A stretch of 64,000 nt of DNA from Candidatus Melainabacteria bacterium 17Bon1m (GTDB lineage: Bacteria; Cyanobacteriota; Vampirovibrionia; Obscuribacterales; Obscuribacteraceae): the NCBI GenBank assembly GCA_032128875.1, contig JAVLKG010000012.1, positions 128,001 to 192,000 of the forward strand. The letters run 5' to 3'. A program made the position numbers and the translations under genes. The notes under the pieces were generated by a model. It made no database searches, was not told the DNA's origin, and was given only the letters and a program-made list of their open reading frames with translations. Each line of letters begins with the position of its first letter. Within the stretch, counting starts at the first letter, position 1. Shown in pieces: positions 48,228 to 56,907 of this stretch.

Positions 48228-49676
48228 ATGACCCCTCCGGGACGCATCTCCGAGAAATCGGTGACTACATCTGACCTGGTTTCCGATTTCAGTGCAGCCG
48301 CGTTTGACTCGGCAATTCAGAAGCCCATCAACGGTTTGAGCCAGTTGACTGGCAAGGTGGTCGGGCACGAGCTGCCGAAGTTGAGTTTGGTGGAAGTGCC
48401 GAAAGCAGAGACGGGCGCAGAGAATTTCGCCCAGCAAGCAGGAGCAGCCGTAGGCATGTTGGTTCCATTTCTGGGAACCCGAGCACTGGTACGGGGCGCC
48501 TTGGGCAGTCGGTTGGGAACGGGTTATGGTGGAGTCGCACTGGAAGGTGGTGTGACCGGCTTGGGCATGGGAACCGTCTTGACTCCAGTGGAGAACGGTC
48601 AGCCTTTCTGGCAAACTCGACTGGCTAACGGACTTACAGATGCGGGCACCTTCTCATTGCTAAATGTCACCGGCAAGGGGGTTGGCTCGCTCAAAGCATT
48701 TGGCATGACTGCGGAAACACCATTAGTCAGCCGCATTGGCAAAGGTGCTTTGGCTGGATCCATCAGCAGTTTGCCGGCAGGTTTTGCGCACGCAGAATTG
48801 CATTCAATAACTCATGGCAAAGGTCCGGCGAGTGCCTCCGAAGTCTTCGGCGACATGACTGGTTTTGCGCTTTTCGGTGGAGTGCTTGGTGGCGTCGGTG
48901 GTGCCAGGGCACGTTCGCGCTTCCTGCAAAATAGCGAAGCAGCCGATGCGGCAAAACCACCTGTTCAAGCAGAAACTGTTCGTGGGTCTGAGCCAGCCAA
49001 AGCTGAACCTGTTAAAGGTGAGACAGCTAGAAATGCTGAAAGAGCTGGAGGAAATCAGGACGGACCGTCCGTAATCACAGAGGGTACTCGCGTTTACACA
49101 ACCGAGGAGATGCTCAAGGTTGTAGAGGCTCGTGAAGCAGCGGCAAGACAAGCGCGTGAGGCTGCTGCGAAGGTCGAAACGGCTGACCCGAACAAAATTA
49201 TCAAAGTGAAGAAAGAAGGTTATATCGACGCTGGAGATGAAGGCAAGGTCTATTCCAATGGCGACGGCTCAGTGACAAAGATCTATCATGATTCCGGCAG
49301 AAGCATGGAAGCAGTCAAAGCAATTTACGACAAACTGAATTCCATCGGCATTAAGACGCCCAAGATTCTGGAAATCGGTAAGTCTGAAGAAGGGCTGCCT
49401 GCCATGCGTATGGAGCAGATTGGCGATGGTGACCCCCTGCGATGGCAATTGATGATGCGCGAAATCACCGGTGCCGATCTCGCCTCATTGCGCCAACAAT
49501 ACTGGGCATACGCAGACGCGTTGAATAAAGCAAACCTGCGCATCGACTGGAATCTCAAGAACATGCGCTTTGAAAATGGGCAGCTCTACATTCTTGATCC
49601 GTCATTCATGAAGAATGAACAAACCGGTCAAGGAACATTCGATATGTTTGCAACGATGATCGGTCCGCGTCCTTAA
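48228..49676 (+). CDS. Gly-zipper membrane-segment protein with C-terminal atypical kinase-like domain
   Basis: GxxxG-rich helices; IDAGDEGKVY...VTKIY...TPKIL...MEQI...DWNLKN...ILDP. Confidence 0.65.
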   Translation: MTPPGRISEKSVTTSDLVSDFSAAAFDSAIQKPINGLSQLTGKVVGHELPKLSLVEVPKAETGAENFAQQAGAAVGMLVPFLGTRALVRGALGSRLGTGYGGVALEGGVTGLGMGTVLTPVENGQPFWQTRLANGLTDAGTFSLLNVTGKGVGSLKAFGMTAETPLVSRIGKGALAGSISSLPAGFAHAELHSITHGKGPASASEVFGDMTGFALFGGVLGGVGGARARSRFLQNSEAADAAKPPVQAETVRGSEPAKAEPVKGETARNAERAGGNQDGPSVITEGTRVYTTEEMLKVVEAREAAARQAREAAAKVETADPNKIIKVKKEGYIDAGDEGKVYSNGDGSVTKIYHDSGRSMEAVKAIYDKLNSIGIKTPKILEIGKSEEGLPAMRMEQIGDGDPLRWQLMMREITGADLASLRQQYWAYADALNKANLRIDWNLKNMRFENGQLYILDPSFMKNEQTGQGTFDMFATMIGPRP

Positions 49677-49710
49677 GCCAAGTTCGGAAGATTGATCTCC
49701 GACTTTGATC

Positions 49711-49735
49711 GGGCGATACATGGCATTGCCTCTGC
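49711..49735 (-). repeat. REP-like palindrome, family B
   Basis: Reverse complement GCAG-AGGCAATGCCATGTATCGCCC; lies between convergent genes. Confidence 0.6.
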
Positions 49736-49781
49736 GCAAGATACGAGCTTAAAGCACGTACTAAAGCTACGACTGCAAACT

Positions 49782-50336
49782 CTAAACGCCGACTTCTTGT
49801 CCCGCTTCGATGTAGGTCGCGATGTCGACTTCTACAGCTTCTTCAGCTCCAATTGCGCCAAGCTCTTCATTCAATTTTTTGAAATCAATTGAAGGAGGAA
49901 CAGAAACAATCGCGTTCATGCAGAAGAGCGGAGTGCCCGTTTCTGGCGCCGGAACCAATTCGGTTTCCATTGATTGTATGTTTATTTGGTGGTTCTTCAA
50001 ATACGAAGAGATTTTGTGCACGATACCCTCGTGATCGGCACCTTCCACGCTGATTTGATAGGTCGCATAGCCTTTGAAGCGCGAAACATCCGGAGCTTTG
50101 GTCTTCTTTGTATTGACCTGGATTTTTTCTTTCGACAGCGACTCGAGGTCTTTGAGCAATTCAGGTAATTTGTCAGGCGATACAGTGACTAATGCAATCG
50201 CTGCGAACTCGCCGCCCAAAACCGTCATGCGGCTGTCTTCCATGTTCGCGCCGTGACGCGTAATTACTTCGGCAAGGTGCGAAACGATGCCTGGTCTGTC
50301 TTCGCCAACTGCTGTCACCAACAAATGCTCTTTCAT
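49782..50336 (-). CDS. GcvR-like tandem ACT-domain protein
   Basis: VTAVGEDRPGIV...DSRMTVLGGEFA; second ACT VEGADHEGIV; AAAGGA RBS before ATG 50336. Confidence 0.85.
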   Translation of the reverse strand: MKEHLLVTAVGEDRPGIVSHLAEVITRHGANMEDSRMTVLGGEFAAIALVTVSPDKLPELLKDLESLSKEKIQVNTKKTKAPDVSRFKGYATYQISVEGADHEGIVHKISSYLKNHQINIQSMETELVPAPETGTPLFCMNAIVSVPPSIDFKKLNEELGAIGAEEAVEVDIATYIEAGQEVGV

Positions 50337-50587
50337 CGATTCAGTCCTTTCTGTTCTTTCAGGCACGTCAACCTATATAATCTACCCGCGTTAAAACGGC
50401 AGGCAAACATAATACTACTCCTTCAAAGAGGGCGAAGTTAACCAGGGCTTGCCCGGCTGCTTCCGAAGAAGCAAGTGTATTGTCATTGGGAATTGTAAAC
50501 AAAATCCGAAAAACTCCTCGACAAGGTCCGCCGGGTCCTGTTAACCTCAAGGGGTAATTTGTCGTTCCAGGATGTTTTAAATCCTTT

Positions 50588-50665
50588 ATGCCGCTCAACA
50601 CAAGAGTGATTGTTGAAACCGCTGCCCGCAACCACGGGCATCATCACCATCATCATCATTCTTGA
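50588..50665 (+). CDS. hisL: his operon leader peptide, MPLNTRVIVETAARNHGHHHHHHHS (25 aa)
   Basis: ATG 50588 to TGA 50665 with seven consecutive His codons, ending 133 nt upstream of hisG; too short for the ORF track. Confidence 0.92.
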   Translation: MPLNTRVIVETAARNHGHHHHHHHS

Positions 50666-50749
50666 AACGGGAGCGGTATCTCACTCACGACAGAATAGCT
50701 TTGCATAACGCAAAAACTGTTGAGACCCGCTCAGAAGGCGGGTTTTTTT
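50604..50749 (+). promoter_or_regulatory. Transcription attenuator (1:2, 2:3 and 3:4 hairpins)
   Basis: Terminator ACCCGCT-CAGAA-GGCGGGT + T tract (50725-50749); antiterminator GAGCGGTATCTCA (50671-50683) pairs with TGAGACCCGCTC (50721-50732); ACCGCTGCCCG (50618-50628) pairs with CGGGAGCGGT (50668-50677). Confidence 0.88.
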
Positions 50750-50797
50750 GTCAGCGATTTTTAAGTCACACTTCGCGTCAATCTAGGAAACGAGAAA

Positions 50798-51736
50798 ATG
50801 AAAAACACAGTTGAAGCTCCAACCAAGGAACAGTCCGCGGCGACATCCATTGAAGTTGAATCTCCCGATGGCGTCGGCACATTGAAGATGGTCTTGCCGT
50901 CCGGCCGAATTCAAGAAAAGGTAGTGGCGCTGCTGGAAAGAGTTGGCCTGAGTTTTGCCAAAAGTGGTCGGTCGTATCGTCCTCGTACCTCTCAAACTGG
51001 TGTTGTCGCGAAGTTTCTCAAAGCGCAAAACATTCCAGATCTCGTTGCACTCGGTCGTCACGACTGTGGTTTTTCCGGACTGGACTGGATTGTTGAGCGT
51101 CAGGCTGATGTGGTTGAACTATTGGATCTCGGTTTTGATCCTGTTTCGATCGTCGCTGCCATGCCTGAAAATCTAGCTGCAGAGTCGATGGCTCAGCGAC
51201 AACAACGCCGTCTAGTTATCGCTTCTGAGTACAGAAATCTGACTTTGGACTATATAAAGTCCAAAAACTTGAACGCTGATTATGTTCAAACATTCGGCGC
51301 CACCGAAGCTCTGCCGCCCGAAGACGCCGACATGATCATCGATAATACGGCGACCGGCGAAACCATTCGTCAGAATCGACTCGTAATTGTTGACACCTTG
51401 CTTAAGTCGAGCACGCGTTTTCTCTGCAACAAGGAAGCGTTGGAAGACGATGGGAAGCGGCAAAAGTTGGAAGAGCTTGTGATGCTCATGAAGAGTGCTT
51501 TGCGCGCCAACGAGAAGGTCTTACTCGAAATGAACGTCAGTACGGAAAACTTTGAGCGCCTGGTGGCAATTTTGCCATGTATGAAAGCGCCGACAATTTC
51601 AGAATTGTACAAAGGCAGTGGTTATGCGATCAAAGTAGCGGTTCCTTCCGCTGATTGTTCGCAGCTGATACCAAAACTTGTTGCGTATGGCGCGACCGAC
51701 ATCCTTGAATACAAGCTGGAAAAAATCGTCGTATGA
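50798..51736 (+). CDS. hisG: ATP phosphoribosyltransferase, long form
   Basis: LPSGR, GFSGLDW, ASEY, GATEALP, DNTATGET; C-terminal regulatory domain APTISEL...GATDIL. Confidence 0.95.
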   Translation: MKNTVEAPTKEQSAATSIEVESPDGVGTLKMVLPSGRIQEKVVALLERVGLSFAKSGRSYRPRTSQTGVVAKFLKAQNIPDLVALGRHDCGFSGLDWIVERQADVVELLDLGFDPVSIVAAMPENLAAESMAQRQQRRLVIASEYRNLTLDYIKSKNLNADYVQTFGATEALPPEDADMIIDNTATGETIRQNRLVIVDTLLKSSTRFLCNKEALEDDGKRQKLEELVMLMKSALRANEKVLLEMNVSTENFERLVAILPCMKAPTISELYKGSGYAIKVAVPSADCSQLIPKLVAYGATDILEYKLEKIVV

Positions 51737-51783
51737 ATCAATTATTTGATTTCGCAGTTCTTTAGAAACAATAGGATCACTCA

Positions 51784-53589
51784 ATGAAAGTCATGTCCGA
51801 CACGACAAACAAGACAAAGCCCGATGATTCGGAGAAGGCGGGAACGTCCATTGGCTCTGGTTCCGTTTCTCAAAAGACCGGAGTTCTTCCAAAGCGAATT
51901 GTATTGGAACTTCCCTTTTACGACTTGCCGGGCAGCAGCAGGCAGAATTATGCTCGCCTGGACTTTTGCGAGAACACTCAGGGCTATCCCGAATCTTATC
52001 CACAAGGGATGCCGGAAACCTGGGCTAGCACTTATCCTGAGTATCCCGAGTTTGTCGAGAAATTGGCGGCAATGTACGGCATAAAGCCGAATGAACTGAT
52101 TCTGACGAACGGCAGCGATGAAGGCATTATGGTCGTTTGCAATACTTTCGTTGAGCCGGGAGAAGACACGGCGATTGTTTCCAGACCTTGTTTTTCTGTG
52201 ATTCCTCACTCACTGAGACTGGCTGGTGCCAAGCTCGTCAATGTTGATGTTCTGCCAGATCTCAGCTTCAATCTCGCGGGGATCGAGGCAGCGCTCGAAG
52301 GAGGCGCCAAGATCGCATTTTTTGCGACTCCCGAAAATCCCACTGGTGCGCAGCTCCCTGCGGACGTTATCGAGGGATGGTGTCAGAAATATCCGAATAC
52401 TCTTATCGTGATTGATGAAGCGTATGGCGAATTTTCCAACACGACAGTTATTCCGCTCATTGAAAAATACAGCAATCTGCTGGTGCTGAAAACATTCTCA
52501 AAAGCATGGGCTATGGCGGGATTGCGCTTGGGATGCATATTCGGGCAAGCTCAGATGATCGAGTATTTGAAGATTGTTACACCAGTCTTCAGTGTCAATA
52601 GTGCTGCAATTTGGACGGCGTCTCAGTTGCTGGATCGGCGGGCTGATGTTGATAGGTATGTTGCCGAAGTGAATGAGCGCAAATCTCGCCTGGTGAAAAA
52701 CCTTGAAGAGCGTGGATTCGAAGTCTTTCGTGGCGCTGGTAACTCTATTTTGTTGTCGTTCGGATTTCTTGCCGACAAGTTTTGTCAGTTTTGTAGAGAT
52801 GAAAAAGTATTGGTGCGCAATCGCAGTAAGCAAGTTTTTCCCGCTGCTGAGTTTGATCCTATGTGGGGGCGCATTCGCATTTCTATTGGAACAGAAGCCG
52901 AGCAAGAGCTGTTCCTTGCAACACTGGATAAGTTCCAAAAGAGCTACGGAATAATTTTTGATTTGGACGGGACGCTGGTTGATACCAGCGCAAGTTTTGA
53001 CGAAACTGTCGCGCAAATGGTGGAAAGATATTCCGGAAAACCATTGCAACCGGACGAGCTTCGGAAGTTGCGCGAGGAAGGTGGCTACAACGATGATTGG
53101 GTTGCGTCGATTGAGTTGCTGAGACGCCGCGGCGTCACAGTGGAGATGCGCGAGTTTTCTCCTGAAGCGACCAGACTTTATTTGAGTCTTGCGCCAAGCA
53201 CTGAAAAACTTTTGCTTGCTGTCGAGTCGCTTCAAAAGTTTTCGAAGAGGTTTCCGATTTTCATCGTCACCGGCAGAACTCGCGGCGAGTACGATCCAGT
53301 GTGGGGCGAAAGATTGAACCCTCTGTTTGAGCGGATTTACTGCCTGGATGACATTGCCGGACTGGGAGCAAAACCGTCTCCGGATTACATCAACCGCAAC
53401 CTCGAAGATTTCGAATTGAAATTTGGTGTCTACATCGGCAACTCAGTCGATGACATGAGCGCAGCTCTCGCCGCAGGTATTGACTGCATTGCCATCAATA
53501 CATCTGCATCTGATGACGCGCTGAGAGAAGCCGGAGCCCAATTGATAATCAGCAGCATGGATGAACTGGAGAAGGTGTTTCAACTATGA
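51784..53589 (+). CDS. hisC: Histidinol-phosphate aminotransferase fused to a HAD phosphatase
   Basis: TNGSDEG, PENPTG, IDEAY, KTFSKAWAMAGLRLG; C-terminal FDLDGTLVD, YNDDW, VTGR, KPSP, IGNSVDD. Confidence 0.92.
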   Translation: MKVMSDTTNKTKPDDSEKAGTSIGSGSVSQKTGVLPKRIVLELPFYDLPGSSRQNYARLDFCENTQGYPESYPQGMPETWASTYPEYPEFVEKLAAMYGIKPNELILTNGSDEGIMVVCNTFVEPGEDTAIVSRPCFSVIPHSLRLAGAKLVNVDVLPDLSFNLAGIEAALEGGAKIAFFATPENPTGAQLPADVIEGWCQKYPNTLIVIDEAYGEFSNTTVIPLIEKYSNLLVLKTFSKAWAMAGLRLGCIFGQAQMIEYLKIVTPVFSVNSAAIWTASQLLDRRADVDRYVAEVNERKSRLVKNLEERGFEVFRGAGNSILLSFGFLADKFCQFCRDEKVLVRNRSKQVFPAAEFDPMWGRIRISIGTEAEQELFLATLDKFQKSYGIIFDLDGTLVDTSASFDETVAQMVERYSGKPLQPDELRKLREEGGYNDDWVASIELLRRRGVTVEMREFSPEATRLYLSLAPSTEKLLLAVESLQKFSKRFPIFIVTGRTRGEYDPVWGERLNPLFERIYCLDDIAGLGAKPSPDYINRNLEDFELKFGVYIGNSVDDMSAALAAGIDCIAINTSASDDALREAGAQLIISSMDELEKVFQL

Positions 53590-54227
53590 AAAGCGCAATT
53601 CAAAACCAATCGGCTGAAGTTGAAGTGAAGGCAAAAAGCCGCATCGCATCTGTAACGCGCGAGACAAAGGAGACGAAAATCTCCATTCGCGTCGATTTGG
53701 ATACTCCGGGAGAGGTCGATATAAAAACCTCGTTGCCATTTCTTTCGCATATGTTGGAGGCTCTGGCTGTGCACGGACGATTTAGTCTTGTCGTCGATGC
53801 CACGGGGGATATCGAGGTTGATCCTCACCACTTGATTGAAGACACCGGAATTGTCCTCGGCGAAACGATCTTCAAAGCTCTCGGCGGATTCAAAGGAATC
53901 GAGCGGGCCGGATGTTTTACCTATCCGATGGACGGCAGTCTCGTTCTTGTCGCAATTGATATTTGCGGGCGCCGCAACCTGAGCTGGAAATTGCAATTCG
54001 GTAATTTCACAGTCGGCAATCTCGATCCCAATCTTTTCCGCGAATTCTACAAAGGATTCGTCGACGGATTGCGCTCCACTCTGCATATCAAAATGCTGGA
54101 AAGCGACAACGATCACCATGTCATCGAAGCTTCGTTCAAAGCGCTTGCACGCGCATTGCGCCAGGCAATAACTCCGTCGCCGGGCAATGAATATTTGAGT
54201 ACTAAAGGAGTCCTCGATGAAAACTGA
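53586..54227 (+). CDS. hisB: Imidazoleglycerol-phosphate dehydratase (monofunctional)
   Basis: RETKET, FLSHML, DPHHLIED, PMD, NDHHVIEASFKA; ATGA overlap with hisC. Confidence 0.96.
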   Translation: MKSAIQNQSAEVEVKAKSRIASVTRETKETKISIRVDLDTPGEVDIKTSLPFLSHMLEALAVHGRFSLVVDATGDIEVDPHHLIEDTGIVLGETIFKALGGFKGIERAGCFTYPMDGSLVLVAIDICGRRNLSWKLQFGNFTVGNLDPNLFREFYKGFVDGLRSTLHIKMLESDNDHHVIEASFKALARALRQAITPSPGNEYLSTKGVLDEN

Positions 54228-54885
54228 GGTCGATCTTGTCGATGTTGCCGGTGGAAATTTGGGTAGTGTGAGACGCTGCCTTGATAGGCTCGGCGTCCCG
54301 TACAATCTGGTCAATCCAAAGAATGCGCCTGATGGCTCGCGCCCGATTATTTTGCCGGGCGTCGGTAACTTCGGTGCCGTCATGGAAAATCTGCAGAAAG
54401 ATGGCTTTGACCAACTGGTAAAACGTCTCGTCGCAGACGGCACACCCTATCTCGGAATTTGTGTCGGCATGCAGATTTTGTTTGATTGGGGAGATGAGTC
54501 GAACAGCGCGGGACTTGGTCTTTTGCCTGGTAAGGTCGTGAAGTTCACGCGCGGAAAAGTTCCTCAAATAGGATGGAATAAGATCCAGTGCCCGGACTCA
54601 TCTCAATCGAAGAAGAGTGATTGGCCAGGGGGTTATGTCTATTTTGTCAATTCATTTGTCGCCCAGCCTGAGAAAAGCAGCGACATTTTGTATTCTGCAG
54701 ATTACTACGGAGATTTTTGTGCTGCTGTAAAACGTGACAATATCTGCGGATTTCAGTTTCACCCTGAAAAGAGCGGACCATTCGGACAGTCCTTGTTGAT
54801 GCGCTGGATCGAAACGGTTTCTACCAATTCTGAATTCCGCGAGAATCTGGCATTTGCAACCAAAGGGGGCGATAATGCTGACTAA
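54217..54885 (+). CDS. hisH: IGP synthase glutaminase subunit
   Basis: GNLGSV, LPGVG, GICVGMQ, PQIGWN, QFHPEKS. Confidence 0.96.
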   Translation: MKTEVDLVDVAGGNLGSVRRCLDRLGVPYNLVNPKNAPDGSRPIILPGVGNFGAVMENLQKDGFDQLVKRLVADGTPYLGICVGMQILFDWGDESNSAGLGLLPGKVVKFTRGKVPQIGWNKIQCPDSSQSKKSDWPGGYVYFVNSFVAQPEKSSDILYSADYYGDFCAAVKRDNICGFQFHPEKSGPFGQSLLMRWIETVSTNSEFRENLAFATKGGDNAD

Positions 54886-55663
54886 GCGCATCATCCCCTG
54901 CTTGGATGTGAGAGACGGACGCACCGTGAAAGGCGTTAACTTCACCAATCTCAGAGACATGGGCTGCCCTGTTGAACTCGGCTTGATGTATGAAAGTCAG
55001 GGCGCGGATGAATTGATGTTTCTCGACATCACTGCTTCGGTGGAAGGTCGTGCAGCTATGCTGGAATTTGTCGAGCGCGTCGCTGACAATCTTTCGATTC
55101 CATTCACTGTGGGCGGTGGCGTTTCTTCGAGGGAAAACGTCACAGACTTGCTAAATGCCGGCGCGGACAAGGTTTCGATGAACACAGCCGCAGTGAAAAG
55201 ACCAGAGCTGATCAATGAGGTTTCTACTCAATTTGGCTCTCAATGCTGCGTTGTTGCAATTGACGCTCGAAAGAAGGAAAACGGCAATCGCAGTCTTGAA
55301 AATGGTGGCAAAATCGAGTGGGAAGTTCTCATCAAAGGCGGAAGAGAATCAGTTGGCTTGGATGCGCTTGAATGGGCGGAGGAGTGTGTTCGACGCGGTG
55401 CCGGCGAAATACTTTTGACTTCATGGAACCGAGACGGGATGCAAACTGGTTTTGATATTGAAATGGTAAAGGTATTTTCGGAAAGATTGCCAATTCCAGT
55501 TATCGCTTCGGGCGGTGCAGCCAATCCGGAAAGTTTCGTCGAGGTGTTCGAGAAAGCCGGTGCAGATGCTGCGCTTGCCGCGAGCATTTTTCACGACAAA
55601 ATCTACAGCATCGGCGATGTAAAACAAGCAGTAAAAAACGCGGGAATCAGTGTCAGAGAGTAA
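54875..55663 (+). CDS. hisF: IGP synthase cyclase subunit
   Basis: MLTKRIIPCLDV, GADELMFLDITAS, GAGEILLTS, VIASGG. Confidence 0.97.
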   Translation: MLTKRIIPCLDVRDGRTVKGVNFTNLRDMGCPVELGLMYESQGADELMFLDITASVEGRAAMLEFVERVADNLSIPFTVGGGVSSRENVTDLLNAGADKVSMNTAAVKRPELINEVSTQFGSQCCVVAIDARKKENGNRSLENGGKIEWEVLIKGGRESVGLDALEWAEECVRRGAGEILLTSWNRDGMQTGFDIEMVKVFSERLPIPVIASGGAANPESFVEVFEKAGADAALAASIFHDKIYSIGDVKQAVKNAGISVRE

Positions 55664-55671
55664 GGCGGAAA

Positions 55672-56907
55672 ATGATAGTACCCAGCATCGACATCATGAA
55701 TGGAAAGGCTGTCCAGCTCAAGCAGGGCAAGGACCTGGTCGTTACCTCGGAGCGCACGCCACTTGAGCTGGCGCGAGAGTTCAATCGATTTGGAGAGGTG
55801 GCGGTAATCGACCTTGATGCAGCGATGGGTAAGGGCAACAATCGCGCGCTCATTCGAGACATATGCAAGGTTGCTGATGTTCGCGTCGGTGGTGGCATTA
55901 GAGATGTCGATACAGGTAAAGAATATTTGAAGGCTGGGGCGAAGGCTCTGATTTTTGGCACGAAGGCAGTTCCCGAGATACTCAGTGAGTTTCCTTCTGA
56001 GCGAGTGATGGTGGCACTCGATAACGTTGATGGGAAAGTGGTCGACAAAGGATGGACCAACACAACAGAAGAAACCATCTGGGAGCGCGCCGAAAGACTG
56101 GCTCCATACTGTGGCGCTTTCCTCACTACCTTTGTGAAGGATGAAGGCGGTCTTGGCGGAATGAACATGGACGCGGTGAAGGAAGCAAAGGAAAGGTTAA
56201 AACGACCGGTCACCGTAGCTGGTGGCATTGCTGCCACGGATGAGATCGTTGAGATTTCAAAACTTGGCATGGATGTCCAGGTTGGAATGGCTCTATACAC
56301 CGGACGAATAGACCTTGCTGAAAGCGTCATTGGTGCTGTCAAATTCGATGTTAACGGGCTTGTGCCTATAGTGGTTCAGGATGTCAGCGGAAAGGTGCTG
56401 ATGCTTGCATACGGCAATGAGGAGTCACTAAAACGCGCGCTCACAGAGGGGAAAGGCGTCTATTACAGTCGCTCGAGAAAAGAGCTATGGGAGAAGGGTT
56501 TGACATCCGGTAGCGTGCAACAGCTGATTTCTTGTCGTCTTGATTGCGACAGGGATTCAATTTTGTTTACTGTAAAACAATCGCAGGGCGCTTGTCACAA
56601 CGGAACTTTCAGTTGCTTTGGCAATGCAACGTCCCACCGCGGATTCGCCATCGCAGATCTCTTCGAAACCTTGCGTCAACGCAAGCTTAATGCACCCGAG
56701 GGCAGTTACTCTGCCACCCTGTTTCAAGACCGCGACAAACTCAGCAAAAAGCTTATGGAAGAAGCATTTGAGGTGGTATCGTTTAAGTCGCGCGAAAACC
56801 TTCGTTGGGAAGTTGCGGACTTGCTTTATTTTGTAAGCATCCTGGCTGTTGATGAAGGTCTTGATTGGAAAGAAATCGAGCTAGAGCTTGGGGGACGCCA
56901 CAAATGA
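55672..56907 (+). CDS. hisAIE: HisA-HisI-HisE trifunctional fusion
   Basis: IVPSID...IDLDAA...VGGGIR (HisA); YSRSRKELWEKGLTSG..DCDRD..ACH..SCF (HisI); EGSYS...KLMEEAFE...EVADLLY (HisE). Confidence 0.92.
   Translation: MIVPSIDIMNGKAVQLKQGKDLVVTSERTPLELAREFNRFGEVAVIDLDAAMGKGNNRALIRDICKVADVRVGGGIRDVDTGKEYLKAGAKALIFGTKAVPEILSEFPSERVMVALDNVDGKVVDKGWTNTTEETIWERAERLAPYCGAFLTTFVKDEGGLGGMNMDAVKEAKERLKRPVTVAGGIAATDEIVEISKLGMDVQVGMALYTGRIDLAESVIGAVKFDVNGLVPIVVQDVSGKVLMLAYGNEESLKRALTEGKGVYYSRSRKELWEKGLTSGSVQQLISCRLDCDRDSILFTVKQSQGACHNGTFSCFGNATSHRGFAIADLFETLRQRKLNAPEGSYSATLFQDRDKLSKKLMEEAFEVVSFKSRENLRWEVADLLYFVSILAVDEGLDWKEIELELGGRHK

Noticed and set aside
52498-56342. Long antisense ORFs (245, 287 and 229 aa) over his genes
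   Set aside because: Antisense shadows of well-supported genes with no motifs.
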